Below are positions 23,807 to 34,342 of a DNA stretch of 64,000 bases, piece after piece. A program made the translations under genes and the position numbers. The stretch is taken from assembly GCA_002269645.1 (NCBI GenBank), contig NIVC01003518.1, positions 1-64,000 of the forward strand, given 5' to 3'. The notes under the pieces were generated by a model, which had not been told where the DNA came from, did no database searches, and saw nothing but the letters and a program-made list of their open reading frames with translations. This DNA comes from Macrostomum lignano. Lineage: Eukaryota. Numbering within the stretch: position 1 is the first letter of the stretch; every line of letters begins with the position of its first letter.

Positions 23807-25300
23807 CCTGAGTATTAGAACTTAGCATTAGATCTGCAAAGCTGCTGTAAAAGGGCGCCAAATGAGCTGGCAAGAGGTGCCACTGTTTGCCATCCTACGG
23901 AGTGGGGGCAGCCCCTTACTTTCCTTAAGCTTCATAATTACATCTATGCATAAGCGCCAGCTTCATGCACATCCTATTATTTGTCTTTTACGGCTGCCTT
24001 TCAGTGCACAGTTCAGGAAGATATTCAATGCCTGACGGTTCAGCTGGCAAACGGAGTGGCTGAGGCCTTAGATTATCTGCAGAGCATGCAGCATTCGGCT
24101 GACGAAGGCTGGGATGGAGAAGTCACTACGGACGCTGTACTTATTGACGAGCATCTGAATGCAAAGGTAAGGCGCAGTGCTCACGATTCACACACTAAAA
24201 TCGCTTGTCAAGACATTGAAACTGACATCGTGTGACTCCCGATCAATGGTAATTTTTCAGGTTTCACTCGCAACGGATTCACTAAAAGCTACGGGATTTC
24301 AAGATCGAACAGCTTCTAAAGAACATTGTCGAGACTCTTTCCGGCAGCGAAATCAGCTTAGGGGAATATTTTATAAGTATACCATCTTTGTTTTGGAACT
24401 TTTCTCTAAAATCTTATTAAAGAAAACAGTAATGCCAGAGAGCTTCGAACAGCTGCTAAAATTGCGGACGCGTCCGAAACGATTTATTAATCATCTGGAA
24501 GAACTCTGGAGTGAAGCGCGAACTAAGGGCCGCAGAGACAGTACAAATCTGACTCGACTTAAGTCAACGATTGTTCAAGTTGCAAGCATCTCCTTGTCCG
24601 AGAAGGAAGCAACCATGGCCGAAGTGAGTCAGCTTTGGAAACGCAGCGGCTTATTAAAGCAAGCACTGATTGATCGAGAACTTGTACTTCAAGTACTCCA
24701 AGGTACAATGGATAAAAGCGTTGACTTGTGGTCTGGAGATTCGGCAGCTGGCACTCTTATGGACAAGAAAACACGGAGCTTTACTGAAACTGGAAAACCA
24801 ACAGAGGAAGCATGTAAAATGGAGATTTTTTCAACTGCTACAACATCAACTAAGACAAGCAGAGTTACCGTCACGAATCTCCCTGATAACCGACAGTTTT
24901 TCAGCGGTACGTCAAAGTCAAAGACGTTTTTTGTCTTGTCTAAAAGTACGCTTATGACGTGTGCTGCGCCACGAAAAAAGAATGGTTTGAGACAGCTGTT
25001 TTCCAAGATGTTCTTATCTATTTTAGCTAATCAGTTGCGTAATGCAGTCGGTAAGATTTAAAATAAAAAGGATTTAAAGTAATAGCGACATCTGTCCAAT
25101 AGACATTACCAATAGGTAATTTCCAAACATTTGTTTTAATTTCATCAAGCTATCAAAACTCTGTTCTAATATAAATTAGCAGCAAAATTTGGTTCTTCAG
25201 AGCTTGGCTTCAGCGGGAGCCCAGGTGGCCTGAAGATCAGCATCTCGTCGATAGCCAGTGACCTCTCGACTGCAGTAGTCAGACAGACTATTCCCGCTAT

Positions 25301-26372
25301 TGAAGTATAGGTGTCTTGCCTGTGGTTGTCTAGAGGCCTTCAATAGGAACGCTGCCCCGGTGAAGTACAGTTGCTTGAGCTCCTCTGGGAAGTCTCCGGG
25401 TTGATCTAGTAGCGTTGGTAGTGCTGCCACCAGCTTCGCAGAGTCGCAGCCTTCGGTGAGGTGCTGAGCTCGTAGAAGCAAATAACTAAGACGAGAGAAA
25501 GAGACTCGCACTTCGTGCAGATTTAGCAGTTCTCGCGCAGAGGTGCCCACCGTCAGCAGTCCCTGCCGGGCTGGTGCGGGGTGAGAGCGAAAGTGCTAGC
25601 TTCGGGCGATCCGAGCTGGCCTGCTAATTGATAGCAGGAACAATCAGAGGCAGTCACGCGCAAAGTCGGGAGTTTGGAGTTCACTTGAAGCGCAGACTTG
25701 GCACACAACTTAGAGTTCGCTAGAAACGAAACGGAAGGAACGCTAGGAAAGCTTGGAAAGCTAGGAACGCGAGGAACGGTAGGAACGCTTGTCTGAGCCA
25801 AGCCATGAGAGGGGCCGCATTTATAGGGAGGATCGATTGCACCATAGCACGAAAGGCCCCCGCTGAGAGTCATAAGTGACTCTGTTGCTATTTTTAGCAA
25901 CAAACAAGCGGGCCCTGCCTCAGAGGAGGCAAGGGGGGGGGGGGTCCGGGCGCACGTGATCTCCCCATAAACACGAGCCCAGCGTACAATGATGAAATCA
26001 TTGCACTTTGGACTAAAGAAGGAAGAGGGCCTTGTCATGTGACTGACTCACATGACAAGGGGAAACGGCCCACAAGTGAAGGCACTCGTGACCGTGGGAC
26101 CGGAAAACAGAAAGGCACTCCAAATTTGGAGATGCCTGACAGAGAACGAAACAGAGGCAGGCCAGACCAAGCTGTCTGGGCACTGCAAAAGGGAAAACGA
26201 GACAAAAGGGGGCAAACGAGGACAAACAGACAGACAGACAAACGAGCAGAGGACAGGCCAGGGGACAGGCGGGGGGAACAGGCAACTGCCCAGCGGCAGA
26301 CAGAAACCTGGGGAGAAGGCGAGGGCAACAGCTGACTAGTGCGGCGCCTAACTAAACTAGCGACTCACTACA
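25301..26372 (-). repeat. 3' LTR (1072 bp)
   Basis: By eye, near-identical to 34344-35368 + 40757-40800; the differences I could see are in G-run lengths. TATAAAT on minus at 25819-25825. Confidence 0.95.
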
Positions 26373-26385
26373 CTCTCCCCGTTCA
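26373..26385 (-). other. Polypurine tract
   Basis: Minus strand GAACGGGGAGAG abuts the TG of the 3' LTR. Confidence 0.85.
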
Positions 26386-26865
26386 AATAAAGAGGCGGAG
26401 TGAAGCGGCGCGCGCTTTATTTAAAATCAAATGCAGGTTTAATGCAAACGGCAAATAAAAAGGAACGGAAGTTGAGTCCTAACATAAAATGCTGTTATGT
26501 AATTGCTTGGCTGGGCAGGCCACAGAGTTCTCGCCCGATACTGCAGGGGCACCGGCCTGCTATCAGAAAGGCGCCTAAATACCGGTGTGGGCGCCAATCC
26601 ACTAAACAAAGGCGCTCTACGTTCCTGAGCTAGCTCCTCACCCAGAGCGAGCCGCTGGTGGCTCAAAGGCCGCGTCCTGAATAGAATAACTACCGGCCTA
26701 AAACACCTTAAAGGGGCCAATTCGCACAAACCTAGGTGCTGGAGAACACCAACATCGCGGCATCAACAAACAACACAAAAAAAGGGGAACTGCGGGCACC
26801 GGTCCCTAGGATAAATAGTGGGCCGGCTAAGGCAGAGTCGAGATCAAGCGTGTCTCCCTTTCCGT

Positions 26866-29337
26866 TTACAGATAGTCCAGCGGAGGGCGAGCCAGGACCG
26901 CAGGCAGCTCTGCCTCGCTGCCGCCGAGGTGTCGCATCACGACCAGCGCGGCATGGTGCGCGGCGTAAGGGCGCAGCGGCGGCTGCAGATCAGAGCCGCT
27001 CAGGCGAACAGCCTCTTCCATAATGGTCATGCGTTCAATGACGGTAGTCTGGCGCAGGCTGTTCCAGATAGGGCCCGCGAGCACAGCCGGTACGTGTCCG
27101 TGGCGGGCTGCGCTGCCTAACAGATTACTCGCCAGGCAAGAGGCGGCAGTCAGCAGCGCCGCTCGTCCGTCATCATCCGGTAGCTCGCTGGTCTGGGTGC
27201 TGACATGCACCAGTAGTGGCGGGTCCGCCGGCGTGGGCGGCGGGGCGCGGGGCAGCTCGCGGCCCAACGCTTCCCCAAGGCCGTCCCACGGGTCGTTCGG
27301 CGGGTCTGGATCTCCGTGGACGCTACTTGGCGGCGGAACGCCGTCGGCGATCGACATCGGCGACTCCGCCTGCGCATAATGGATCCCTGGCGGCGGCGCG
27401 TTCCGGAGTCCGGCACCCGTGGCTTCGCCAGGATCATGATGGCGGGCTGCACCCAGGGCTTCTGGTCCCGCTCCTGAAAAAGAATCAGCAATGTGGCGGC
27501 GGACCGCTTGGAGGCCTCGGCTGACCTCCTGCTCCAGTTGGACGTAGGCAAAAGCCGCGGCCAACCGCTGGGCCATGAGTCGGCGAACACTGCTGACCTC
27601 CGGCGGGGAATCAGCCGTTAGATCGATCACTTCAGGGGCTTCAGCCCTGACGGTGTCCTGTGATCCGCGGCTTGGCCGGCTCCGCCGCGGTTCTGGCGAC
27701 GGCGAGTCGCTTCGCCGGCCGTGCTCCCGTCCGCGTCGAGGCGGACGCTCTGGATGCTCACGGCCCTCCACTTGGGCCAATTGGCGAGTGGCGAGAGGCC
27801 GGCGCGGAATGCCCATGACCTCCGGGGAGGACGGGGTGCCTGGCCTTCGGCGGCTCCGGCTGGGCCGGCCCTGGTCACTCTCGGATGACGAGCTTGGAGT
27901 CGGCTGGTGCTGTCGCTTGTGCATTTCTGCGCTGCAAGGTTTTAATTTGTGCACACGCATGCGGGCGGTGCGACTAACGTACGTTTTAGCCCTAGGATCG
28001 CTAATCAGAAGCCTCTCGGGCGGCCTCCGATCCCTAACTGGCCTACCTACCACTACTGGTATGGGAGACGCTTCCACCGGAGTGGTGCAAGAAGGTGGCG
28101 CAGGAGACTGCGCCGCAGAAAAAGGTTCGGGAAAGGGGGACGCGTGGGCAGGTGAAAAAGGAGCAACATGTGCAGACGCATTCAAACCAGGCACACCATC
28201 ATGGCGATCACCATACGGCAGTGGCTCACGCCGAAATGCACTTGCCTGGTTCGCTGGTGTCGTGACCGGTCCACCTCCTGGCTGCACATCCGGGATCGCC
28301 AACGGCCGGAAGCGCCACCGGAAGGCCGGCCATGCGTCATCGTCATCATCATCATCAGGATCGTCCTCCGGGATCGGTGTCAGGGTCGCGGGTCCTGCAC
28401 CGTCCGGGGCATCAGTCAACCTGCAGCGCTTCTTGGCCTGGTCGACTTCTGGATCCGAAGTCAGCTGGTAGTCGGCATCAGGGACGAGTAGCAGATTCCG
28501 GCGATGGACTACTAGCTCGTCGCGCCTGGCCCGCGGGTTTGGCACTCTACGGCGAATCTTGTAGACGACCTCGCCCTTGGGTTCGACTACCTCGTACAGC
28601 GCTTTGCGAGGTCGATGGAACTTCGCCGCTTCATCCGGTTCGAGCACCGGGTTGTTGAGGAAAACCAGGTCACCAGGTTGGAGCTTCTTGGCAGCGGGCA
28701 GGTTCGAATAGTGCTCGTCGCGCAGTTGCTGATGCAGATGTAGGCGTTCTTTAGCTAGCTCAGTCGCTTCGTCTAAGCGGCGCTGGAAGTCCTTGACATA
28801 GTCAGGCAGATCGGCATACTCCGGCAGCTTCTTGATCGCGTTGTCGATTGGTAGTCGAAAGTCTCGACCAAACACCAGGTAGTGAGGCGTGAAACCTGTC
28901 ACCGGGTGTACACTAGAGCGGAGCGCCATCAAGCAGGCTGGGAGGAAGGTGTCCCAGTCGTTATGGTTGCGCTCGAGGAGGCAGGTGAGGACACTCTTCA
29001 GCTGCTTGTTGAGGTTCTCGACTTGCCCATTAGAAGCTGGGTTGTACGGTGTTGTCGTCGTATGCCGGATGCCAAACAGGTCACAGAACTTCTTGAACGC
29101 TGAGCCAGTGAAATTGGTTCCTTGATCAGTGTGTATCCAGCATGGTACACCAAAGTCAGGGATCAAGCGCTCCTGCAGATCTTGATGACCGTCTTGGCTT
29201 TCTGGTTCCTCATCGGATAGGCGAACGGGTACTTCGACGTCGCGTCGCATAGCGTCAAGATGTAGCGGTTCCCGCTCTTGCTCTTCTGGGCAATTGGGCC
29301 TACTACGTCGCAGTGTACTCTTCCCAGAACTTCGCAC
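26866..29337 (-). CDS. pol: Integrase core (D,D35E region) with very long low-complexity C-terminal extension; joined to RT-RH frame by a 1-bp frameshift at ~29180
   Basis: FGVPCWIHTDQGTNF..YNPASNGQVENLN..TGFTPHYLVFG..; the upstream frame ends VHCDVVGP..NQKAKTVIKI. Confidence 0.9.
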   Translation of the reverse strand: MRSSGKSTLRRSRPNCPEEQEREPLHLDAMRRDVEVPVRLSDEEPESQDGHQDLQERLIPDFGVPCWIHTDQGTNFTGSAFKKFCDLFGIRHTTTTPYNPASNGQVENLNKQLKSVLTCLLERNHNDWDTFLPACLMALRSSVHPVTGFTPHYLVFGRDFRLPIDNAIKKLPEYADLPDYVKDFQRRLDEATELAKERLHLHQQLRDEHYSNLPAAKKLQPGDLVFLNNPVLEPDEAAKFHRPRKALYEVVEPKGEVVYKIRRRVPNPRARRDELVVHRRNLLLVPDADYQLTSDPEVDQAKKRCRLTDAPDGAGPATLTPIPEDDPDDDDDDDAWPAFRWRFRPLAIPDVQPGGGPVTTPANQASAFRREPLPYGDRHDGVPGLNASAHVAPFSPAHASPFPEPFSAAQSPAPPSCTTPVEASPIPVVVGRPVRDRRPPERLLISDPRAKTYVSRTARMRVHKLKPCSAEMHKRQHQPTPSSSSESDQGRPSRSRRRPGTPSSPEVMGIPRRPLATRQLAQVEGREHPERPPRRGREHGRRSDSPSPEPRRSRPSRGSQDTVRAEAPEVIDLTADSPPEVSSVRRLMAQRLAAAFAYVQLEQEVSRGLQAVRRHIADSFSGAGPEALGAARHHDPGEATGAGLRNAPPPGIHYAQAESPMSIADGVPPPSSVHGDPDPPNDPWDGLGEALGRELPRAPPPTPADPPLLVHVSTQTSELPDDDGRAALLTAASCLASNLLGSAARHGHVPAVLAGPIWNSLRQTTVIERMTIMEEAVRLSGSDLQPPLRPYAAHHAALVVMRHLGGSEAELPAVLARPPLDYL

Positions 29338-32300
29338 ACAGGGAAGCTCTGTACAGGTACTCGGTCTCGTCTTCGGGATTTACTTTCAAGACAGGCGCGG
29401 CACTTACTGATAAAGTTCTCGGTGACACGGGCTAATCCGGGCCTCCAGAATCGTTCACGTAGCCGCTTCAACGTCTTCGTCTGGCCGAGGTGTCCACACA
29501 GTGGCGAACTGTGGAGCTCCTGGAGCACCTGGGCATCAAGAGACTCAGGCAGGACAACCTTCGGGGACTGCTGGCCGTCGGTCAGGTCGATCATCAGCAG
29601 GCCGTTGTCCTCTAGCAGATTATCATAATATCCGAGCAGGTTCCGCTGCTCCTTCGTCAGTCGCAACCGGGTGTCGAACTCAGGCTTCGGGGCTTTGTTC
29701 TCGACCAAGTTGAGCACATAGCCAATTGCTCGGTCGGCGCGCTGCGCGTCGACAAACTGTTGCCGCGTCATCGGCAACCTCATAAAATCGGTGAGCACGG
29801 CGCGGCATGGCTGAGGGTTCATGACTCCCGCAGTCTCCGCTTCTGTGGCTCGCAGTTGATCACACGACTCCGTCTTGTCGGCGTCAGGATTAGGTCGCTC
29901 CGAGGGACTTTGTTTCACAACGTCGGCGTACGATCGCTGATCTCGTTTCGAAGTTCTCATCGTCGCTCTCTTGACAGGAATTTCCGCAGCTGGAGCAGTG
30001 CACTTGCCTCCACTGCACAGCCCAGGCGACTCTTGGCTGTAGGGCGAGACGCAACACGTGAAGCACGCCTCGTCACAAGCAGCCGTAGCCGTCGGCTCGA
30101 TCATCGTCGTCATTGGGTGAGTCTTCTCCAGCACTGGGCGGTGTCGCAAAGGGGGACTCGACTGTCCGCACAGGCGATGAGCAGCTGTCTGTCGGCTCGG
30201 GGGACAGAGCGTTGACCTTGCAGCCGTCGCGAGAGTATGGCCTCTGTCAACACGGCGAGAACTCTCAGCGCAAAACTCCGGGGAGTTGAACTTACATTGC
30301 TGGTCTGGATTCGCGTTGTGGGCTGTCATCAGAAGGGCTGCTTGTTCAGTGGCCTCTGAGTCGTGGTCCATGGGCGTCTCCAGATTCCGAGACCCGCAGT
30401 CTTGGACATCATCAAGGAGGTCTACGTCAGCAGTGGCCTCCGAGGGTTTGTCCGGGCGAATCTCCAAGTAACGGCAGTCGGCGTGGGCGTCGCTGCGGAG
30501 GGCTGAGGTGTCAGTGGCCTCCGGGTTGGTGTCCAAACCGGTCTCCAGGCGTTGACTGCAGCGATGGTTGTCGTGCTGAAGGACTGCTGGCGCAGTGGCC
30601 TCCAGGTCTTCGGCCAGGGCAGTTTCGGCCTCCTTGTTGCGAGTGTGGACCTTCTTCGAAAGGGCTGGTCTTGCAGTGGCCTTCCGGGTGGTGTCCAGGT
30701 CCGGCTCCAAGCTGGTGTCATCATCGTGTCGGGCTGCAGAATCGGGATGCTCAAGCAGTCGGCCGTGCTCGAAGTCAACCGGTGGTGTCTCCGGGCGTCT
30801 TGACAGGGCGTCAGCGTTGGCGTGGTCCTTGCCTTTGCGATGGTGAAGCTGGAAGCGGAACTCGCTTAATCGCTCAATCCAACGGCCCAAGATGCCTGTG
30901 ACCTGCGTCTGGTTCAGCAGCCACAGCAAGGCCCGATGGTCAGAACGAACTTCAAACTTCTTGCCGATTAAATAATGACGGAAATGTCGCATCGCGTCCA
31001 CGATTGCAAGCAGCTCTTTCTTCGTGACCGTGTAGCGCTTCTCAGGATCACGAAGCTTCCGGCTAAAGAATGCAATTGGGCGCTCGACGCCGTCGGATTG
31101 CCGTTGTCCAAGACAAGCGCCTATGCGAATGTCTGAGGCATCCGTGTCTAGGACAAACTTCACATTAGGATCTGAGTTAAACTCAGGCAGAGCGAGAACT
31201 TCAGTCGAACACAACTTCTTCTTCAACGTGTCGAACGCTACCTGGTGCTCATCAGTCCAATGCTGCCGCAGGCTGCCGATGTCCTTTCGAGTCAGGGCAT
31301 GTAGCGGCGCAGCAAATCCAGCGTAGCCGTTGACAAACTTGTGGTAGTAATTGGCGAGGCCTAGGAATTGTCTCAGTTGAGTAACGGACTGTGGCACGGG
31401 CCAATCACGGATCTGCGCAATCTTGTCCTCACAGGTCTTCAGGCCGTCGGGAGTCACGACGTGGCCTAGATAATGCAGCTCCTTGAGGAACAAATGGCAC
31501 TTCTTCGGCTTGACCTTGAGGTTGGCTGCGATAATCCGCTGGAGTACAGTCCGCAGGTTGTCCAGCTGCTCCTCGAAGGTCACGGAGTGCACCACGATGT
31601 CATCCATGTAGCCAAGCGCAGTCTTTGGCGTCAGGCCGTCCAGGAGCTTATTGATGCAACGCTGAAAGCTGCCTGGACTATCGTGGAGACCCATCGGCAG
31701 AACATTGAAACAGAATTGTCCGCGGTCAATCACAGAGAACGCCGTCAGGTGCTGATCGCAGTCGCGCAGCGGGATCTGCCAGAATCCTTGAGCGAGATCC
31801 AAGCTAGAGTACCACTGGGCACCACGCAGCTTCGCGAAGGTCTCCTGAATGTGCGGCAGCGGGTACGGGTGGTACACACACTTGTCGTTGAGAGCTCTGA
31901 AGTCATGCACCAGCCTGATGTTTCCGTCCTTCTTGGGCACTATCAGCATTGGCGAGTTGTAGCTAGAATAAGCCGGGCGAATGATGTGCTTCGCCAGCAT
32001 CTCGTCTAGCAGGGCGTCTAGCTTGTCCTTCAGATGAGGCGGGATCCTGCGCGGTGGTAGCGCAACTGGTGTCCGATCCTTCAGGATGATCTCGTGGGTC
32101 ACCAAGTGTGTCAGGCCAGCGTCTAGCAGATGCTTCGAGAAGGCTGCTTGACACTCAACTAGTAGATCTCGCACTCTCTGTCGTTGATCTTCGGACAGCT
32201 CGCTGTTGATCTCGACTTCCTCTAGCCAAGCTGTGCTGGACTCTTCAGGGCTCCTTGGCAAATGTCGCACTTCAGGTTCCGGCGTCTCTTCCAGGTACAT

Positions 32301-32708
32301 CAGGTCGGCAGTTCTAAGTGGTGTCGCAACACCAACGCGGATGCCCGACTGCAGGAACACCTCGCAGTCAGCAGTGTTGACGACCTCGATGTAGCCTCGA
32401 CCTTCAGGCATCGTCATCAGAGCTGGAGCTGCTTCCAGAGTGTTGCAGCTGGGGTGCAGTCTCGACTTCACCAGCTCGACGATTGATGGCGATCCTCGGT
32501 TCTCGGGGTGGCCGACATCCAACTGGACGGCCAACAGCGCTGAGCTTCTCGGCGGCAGAGTGCACTTCTCGGAGGTGTACACCCGGCATGATTGAAGCTC
32601 ACGGCGCGAATAGCGAACGGGAATGCACGCGCCATTGTTGAACTTTAACATTCCTTGCGCAAAGTCCAAGTTTTGGCAGTGTTCACGCATGAAATTAATA
32701 CCAAGCAA
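29163..32708 (-). CDS. pol: Gypsy reverse transcriptase, RNase H, long spacer, integrase HHCC zinc finger
   Basis: LDLAQGFWQI, MPFGL-equivalent LPMGL, GYMDDI, LDTDAS, ELLAIV, SDHRAL, NADALSR, H..HLG..C..C. Confidence 0.95.
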   Translation of the reverse strand: MLGINFMREHCQNLDFAQGMLKFNNGACIPVRYSRRELQSCRVYTSEKCTLPPRSSALLAVQLDVGHPENRGSPSIVELVKSRLHPSCNTLEAAPALMTMPEGRGYIEVVNTADCEVFLQSGIRVGVATPLRTADLMYLEETPEPEVRHLPRSPEESSTAWLEEVEINSELSEDQRQRVRDLLVECQAAFSKHLLDAGLTHLVTHEIILKDRTPVALPPRRIPPHLKDKLDALLDEMLAKHIIRPAYSSYNSPMLIVPKKDGNIRLVHDFRALNDKCVYHPYPLPHIQETFAKLRGAQWYSSLDLAQGFWQIPLRDCDQHLTAFSVIDRGQFCFNVLPMGLHDSPGSFQRCINKLLDGLTPKTALGYMDDIVVHSVTFEEQLDNLRTVLQRIIAANLKVKPKKCHLFLKELHYLGHVVTPDGLKTCEDKIAQIRDWPVPQSVTQLRQFLGLANYYHKFVNGYAGFAAPLHALTRKDIGSLRQHWTDEHQVAFDTLKKKLCSTEVLALPEFNSDPNVKFVLDTDASDIRIGACLGQRQSDGVERPIAFFSRKLRDPEKRYTVTKKELLAIVDAMRHFRHYLIGKKFEVRSDHRALLWLLNQTQVTGILGRWIERLSEFRFQLHHRKGKDHANADALSRRPETPPVDFEHGRLLEHPDSAARHDDDTSLEPDLDTTRKATARPALSKKVHTRNKEAETALAEDLEATAPAVLQHDNHRCSQRLETGLDTNPEATDTSALRSDAHADCRYLEIRPDKPSEATADVDLLDDVQDCGSRNLETPMDHDSEATEQAALLMTAHNANPDQQCKFNSPEFCAESSRRVDRGHTLATAARSTLCPPSRQTAAHRLCGQSSPPLRHRPVLEKTHPMTTMIEPTATAACDEACFTCCVSPYSQESPGLCSGGKCTAPAAEIPVKRATMRTSKRDQRSYADVVKQSPSERPNPDADKTESCDQLRATEAETAGVMNPQPCRAVLTDFMRLPMTRQQFVDAQRADRAIGYVLNLVENKAPKPEFDTRLRLTKEQRNLLGYYDNLLEDNGLLMIDLTDGQQSPKVVLPESLDAQVLQELHSSPLCGHLGQTKTLKRLRERFWRPGLARVTENFISKCRACLESKSRRRDRVPVQSFPVCEVLGRVHCDVVGPIAQKSKSGNRYILTLCDATSKYPFAYPMRNQKAKTVIKICRSA

Positions 32709-33208
32709 ATTTTCAAATCGGTGACCGTGACCAGGAATTCGGTGTCCGCGACGACATCACCAAACTCCACCGGGATGATCACCTTACACGCAAGGGGTAG
32801 CTGCGTACCGTCGTACATGGTCACGCAATCCGGGATAGCATGCGATATGATACAACGAGGCATCCGACGTCTAACATTGGCCCAGGTCGACGCTCCAAGA
32901 AAGTTTTTCCGGCTGCCGCTGTCTAGCAGGAAGGGAACCTCTCGGCCCGCCAATCGGCCGGTGACGTACGGATCGGCCTCACGCGCATGGATTTTTTGAT
33001 CATCGGAGGTGTCCACGAAACCTCCGGGCTCAGCCTCACTTACTGATGAGCGACTGTCGGACTGGGCATTGGCGCCTGCGCAGCCGACATCCTCTTCTTC
33101 TGGTGAGCGTTCGGAGTCTGCCAAGTAGCCGGGGCTTGGGCTCTGCGGAGGGCGTTGCCGTGGGCGCTCTCCGTCTCGCCGTTTCCCTGGTTCTGGCGTA
33201 ACGGGCAC
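32645..33208 (-). CDS. pol: Aspartic protease (start of pol, -1 frame relative to gag)
   Basis: FLLDSGSRKNFL; 1-bp frameshift to the RT frame at ~32712. Confidence 0.85.
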   Translation of the reverse strand: MPVTPEPGKRRDGERPRQRPPQSPSPGYLADSERSPEEEDVGCAGANAQSDSRSSVSEAEPGGFVDTSDDQKIHAREADPYVTGRLAGREVPFLLDSGSRKNFLGASTWANVRRRMPRCIISHAIPDCVTMYDGTQLPLACKVIIPVEFGDVVADTEFLVTVTDLKICLVLISCVNTAKTWTLRKEC

Positions 33209-34209
33209 TGTGCATTGCGATGACCAGGCTGACCGCAGCCATAGCAGATCATGGCTTTCGAAGGCGGACTCGTCTTCTGCTGCTGGTCACGCTGCACCAG
33301 GTTGTCTAGCAGTCGCTGCTGTTTCTCTAGCAGATCAGTCAGAGCCAGGAGAGCTTGAGCGGTGGCGTCGGGCGTCGGGTCACCGTCGCGCTCCCCGTTC
33401 AGCATGCGAACCGGGGGTTGAGCAGAGCGCTGCGCCAGTTCCTTGGCGCCTTCCAGACGATGGAGTTCTCGAATAGCGGCCAGCAGATTGTTCGGGCGGA
33501 CCCAATAGAGCCGCTCGCGCAGATCTGGTGTCGTCCTGATGCCAGCTAGGAACTGATCAGCCAGCTCCCGCTCTCGATCCTCAGGGTGCATTCGAGGGTA
33601 CGCTCGCTCTCCCAAGGTGCGCAGGGCATCAGCGTACTCTTCTGCTGACTCATTCTTGCCTTGCTGACGGCGCCTCAGCAGCTCTCGATATTCATCCGCG
33701 CCACCGTGGCGGGCGAATCTCTCGATCAGTCGCTGCCTGACCTCCTCGTAGCCAGCATAGCGTGGGAGGTGCATACTGAGCAGAGCCGGGTAAGCGGTTG
33801 CCAGATCTAGACTCGCAACGAGGTGCTGCTTCATCTCGATCGGGTCTTCGATACGCTCCATCTCGCAGCGCTGCTCGAACGCGGCGAGCCAGACGTGGAT
33901 GTCCTGGCTGGGCGTGTACTTTACAATCTTAACAGATTTGCTTACCGGCCGCTCCATCTGCTGCTGCAGAGCTGCCATCATCGTTCTCACATCCTGGGGC
34001 CTGATGTTCTGGCCGAGGTCGTCCAAACCTGGCAGAAGCTCGTCTGGCGGGTCTTCGGACACTTCGCTTCTCGCACTTCGCCGCGGCATCTGCTGACCAA
34101 GGTCGTTGACCGCTGCTGCTGCGGCAGCCGATGCTGCTGCAGGTCTCGAACTGCTGATGTGCTGATCCAGCCGGCTGCTGCACCGGCTCTCTTCTCTCTC
34201 GTTAAACAT
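33040..34209 (-). CDS. gag: Gag with CCHC zinc knuckle
   Basis: Capsid-like W..FE..C, YADAL, LADQFLAGI, and CYGCGQPGHRNAQC. Confidence 0.9.
   Translation of the reverse strand: MFNEREESRCSSRLDQHISSSRPAAASAAAAAAVNDLGQQMPRRSARSEVSEDPPDELLPGLDDLGQNIRPQDVRTMMAALQQQMERPVSKSVKIVKYTPSQDIHVWLAAFEQRCEMERIEDPIEMKQHLVASLDLATAYPALLSMHLPRYAGYEEVRQRLIERFARHGGADEYRELLRRRQQGKNESAEEYADALRTLGERAYPRMHPEDRERELADQFLAGIRTTPDLRERLYWVRPNNLLAAIRELHRLEGAKELAQRSAQPPVRMLNGERDGDPTPDATAQALLALTDLLEKQQRLLDNLVQRDQQQKTSPPSKAMICYGCGQPGHRNAQCPLRQNQGNGETESAHGNALRRAQAPATWQTPNAHQKKRMSAAQAPMPSPTVAHQ
33181..33187 (-). promoter_or_regulatory. Candidate -1 ribosomal frameshift slippery site G GGA AAC
   Basis: X XXY YYZ heptamer at the gag/pro overlap, in the correct frame, followed after 7 nt by a CGGAG..CTCCG stem. 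Confidence 0.7.
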
Positions 34210-34318
34210 TTCAAACTAGTAGAATAGCCGAATTCTTACTCGAAAGAGCGGTTGTCTTGGGTGTAGTAGTAGTCGAATCTTGACTTGTCGGATCCCAGAT
34301 AGTCGTGTCGTTGACTCG

Positions 34319-34342
34319 TCGAATCCCACCGCTGAGTCACCA
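34319..34342 (-). other. Primer-binding site
   Basis: TGGTGACTCAGCGGTGGGATTCGA, 1 nt inside the 5' LTR end; complementary to a tRNA-like 3' end TCGAATCCCACCGCTG..ACCA. Confidence 0.8.

Noticed and set aside
20899-23873. Three 890-970 aa ORFs (GFSTR, GALAP, LKPLV repeats)
   Set aside because: Stop-free frames of a 15-bp satellite lying between a GTAAGT donor (21133) and an acceptor (24004), i.e. intronic.
25197-25550. 117-125 aa ORF 'MGTSARELL' occurring twice (also 34216-34593)
   Set aside because: Lies within the LTRs, starts at GTG, and its C-termini differ because it runs out of the LTR; duplication reflects the LTRs.
26736-28658. Plus-strand ORFs overlapping pol (e.g. 27575-28471)
   Set aside because: Antisense shadows of GC-rich coding sequence; the same applies to minus-strand ORFs over the LINE.
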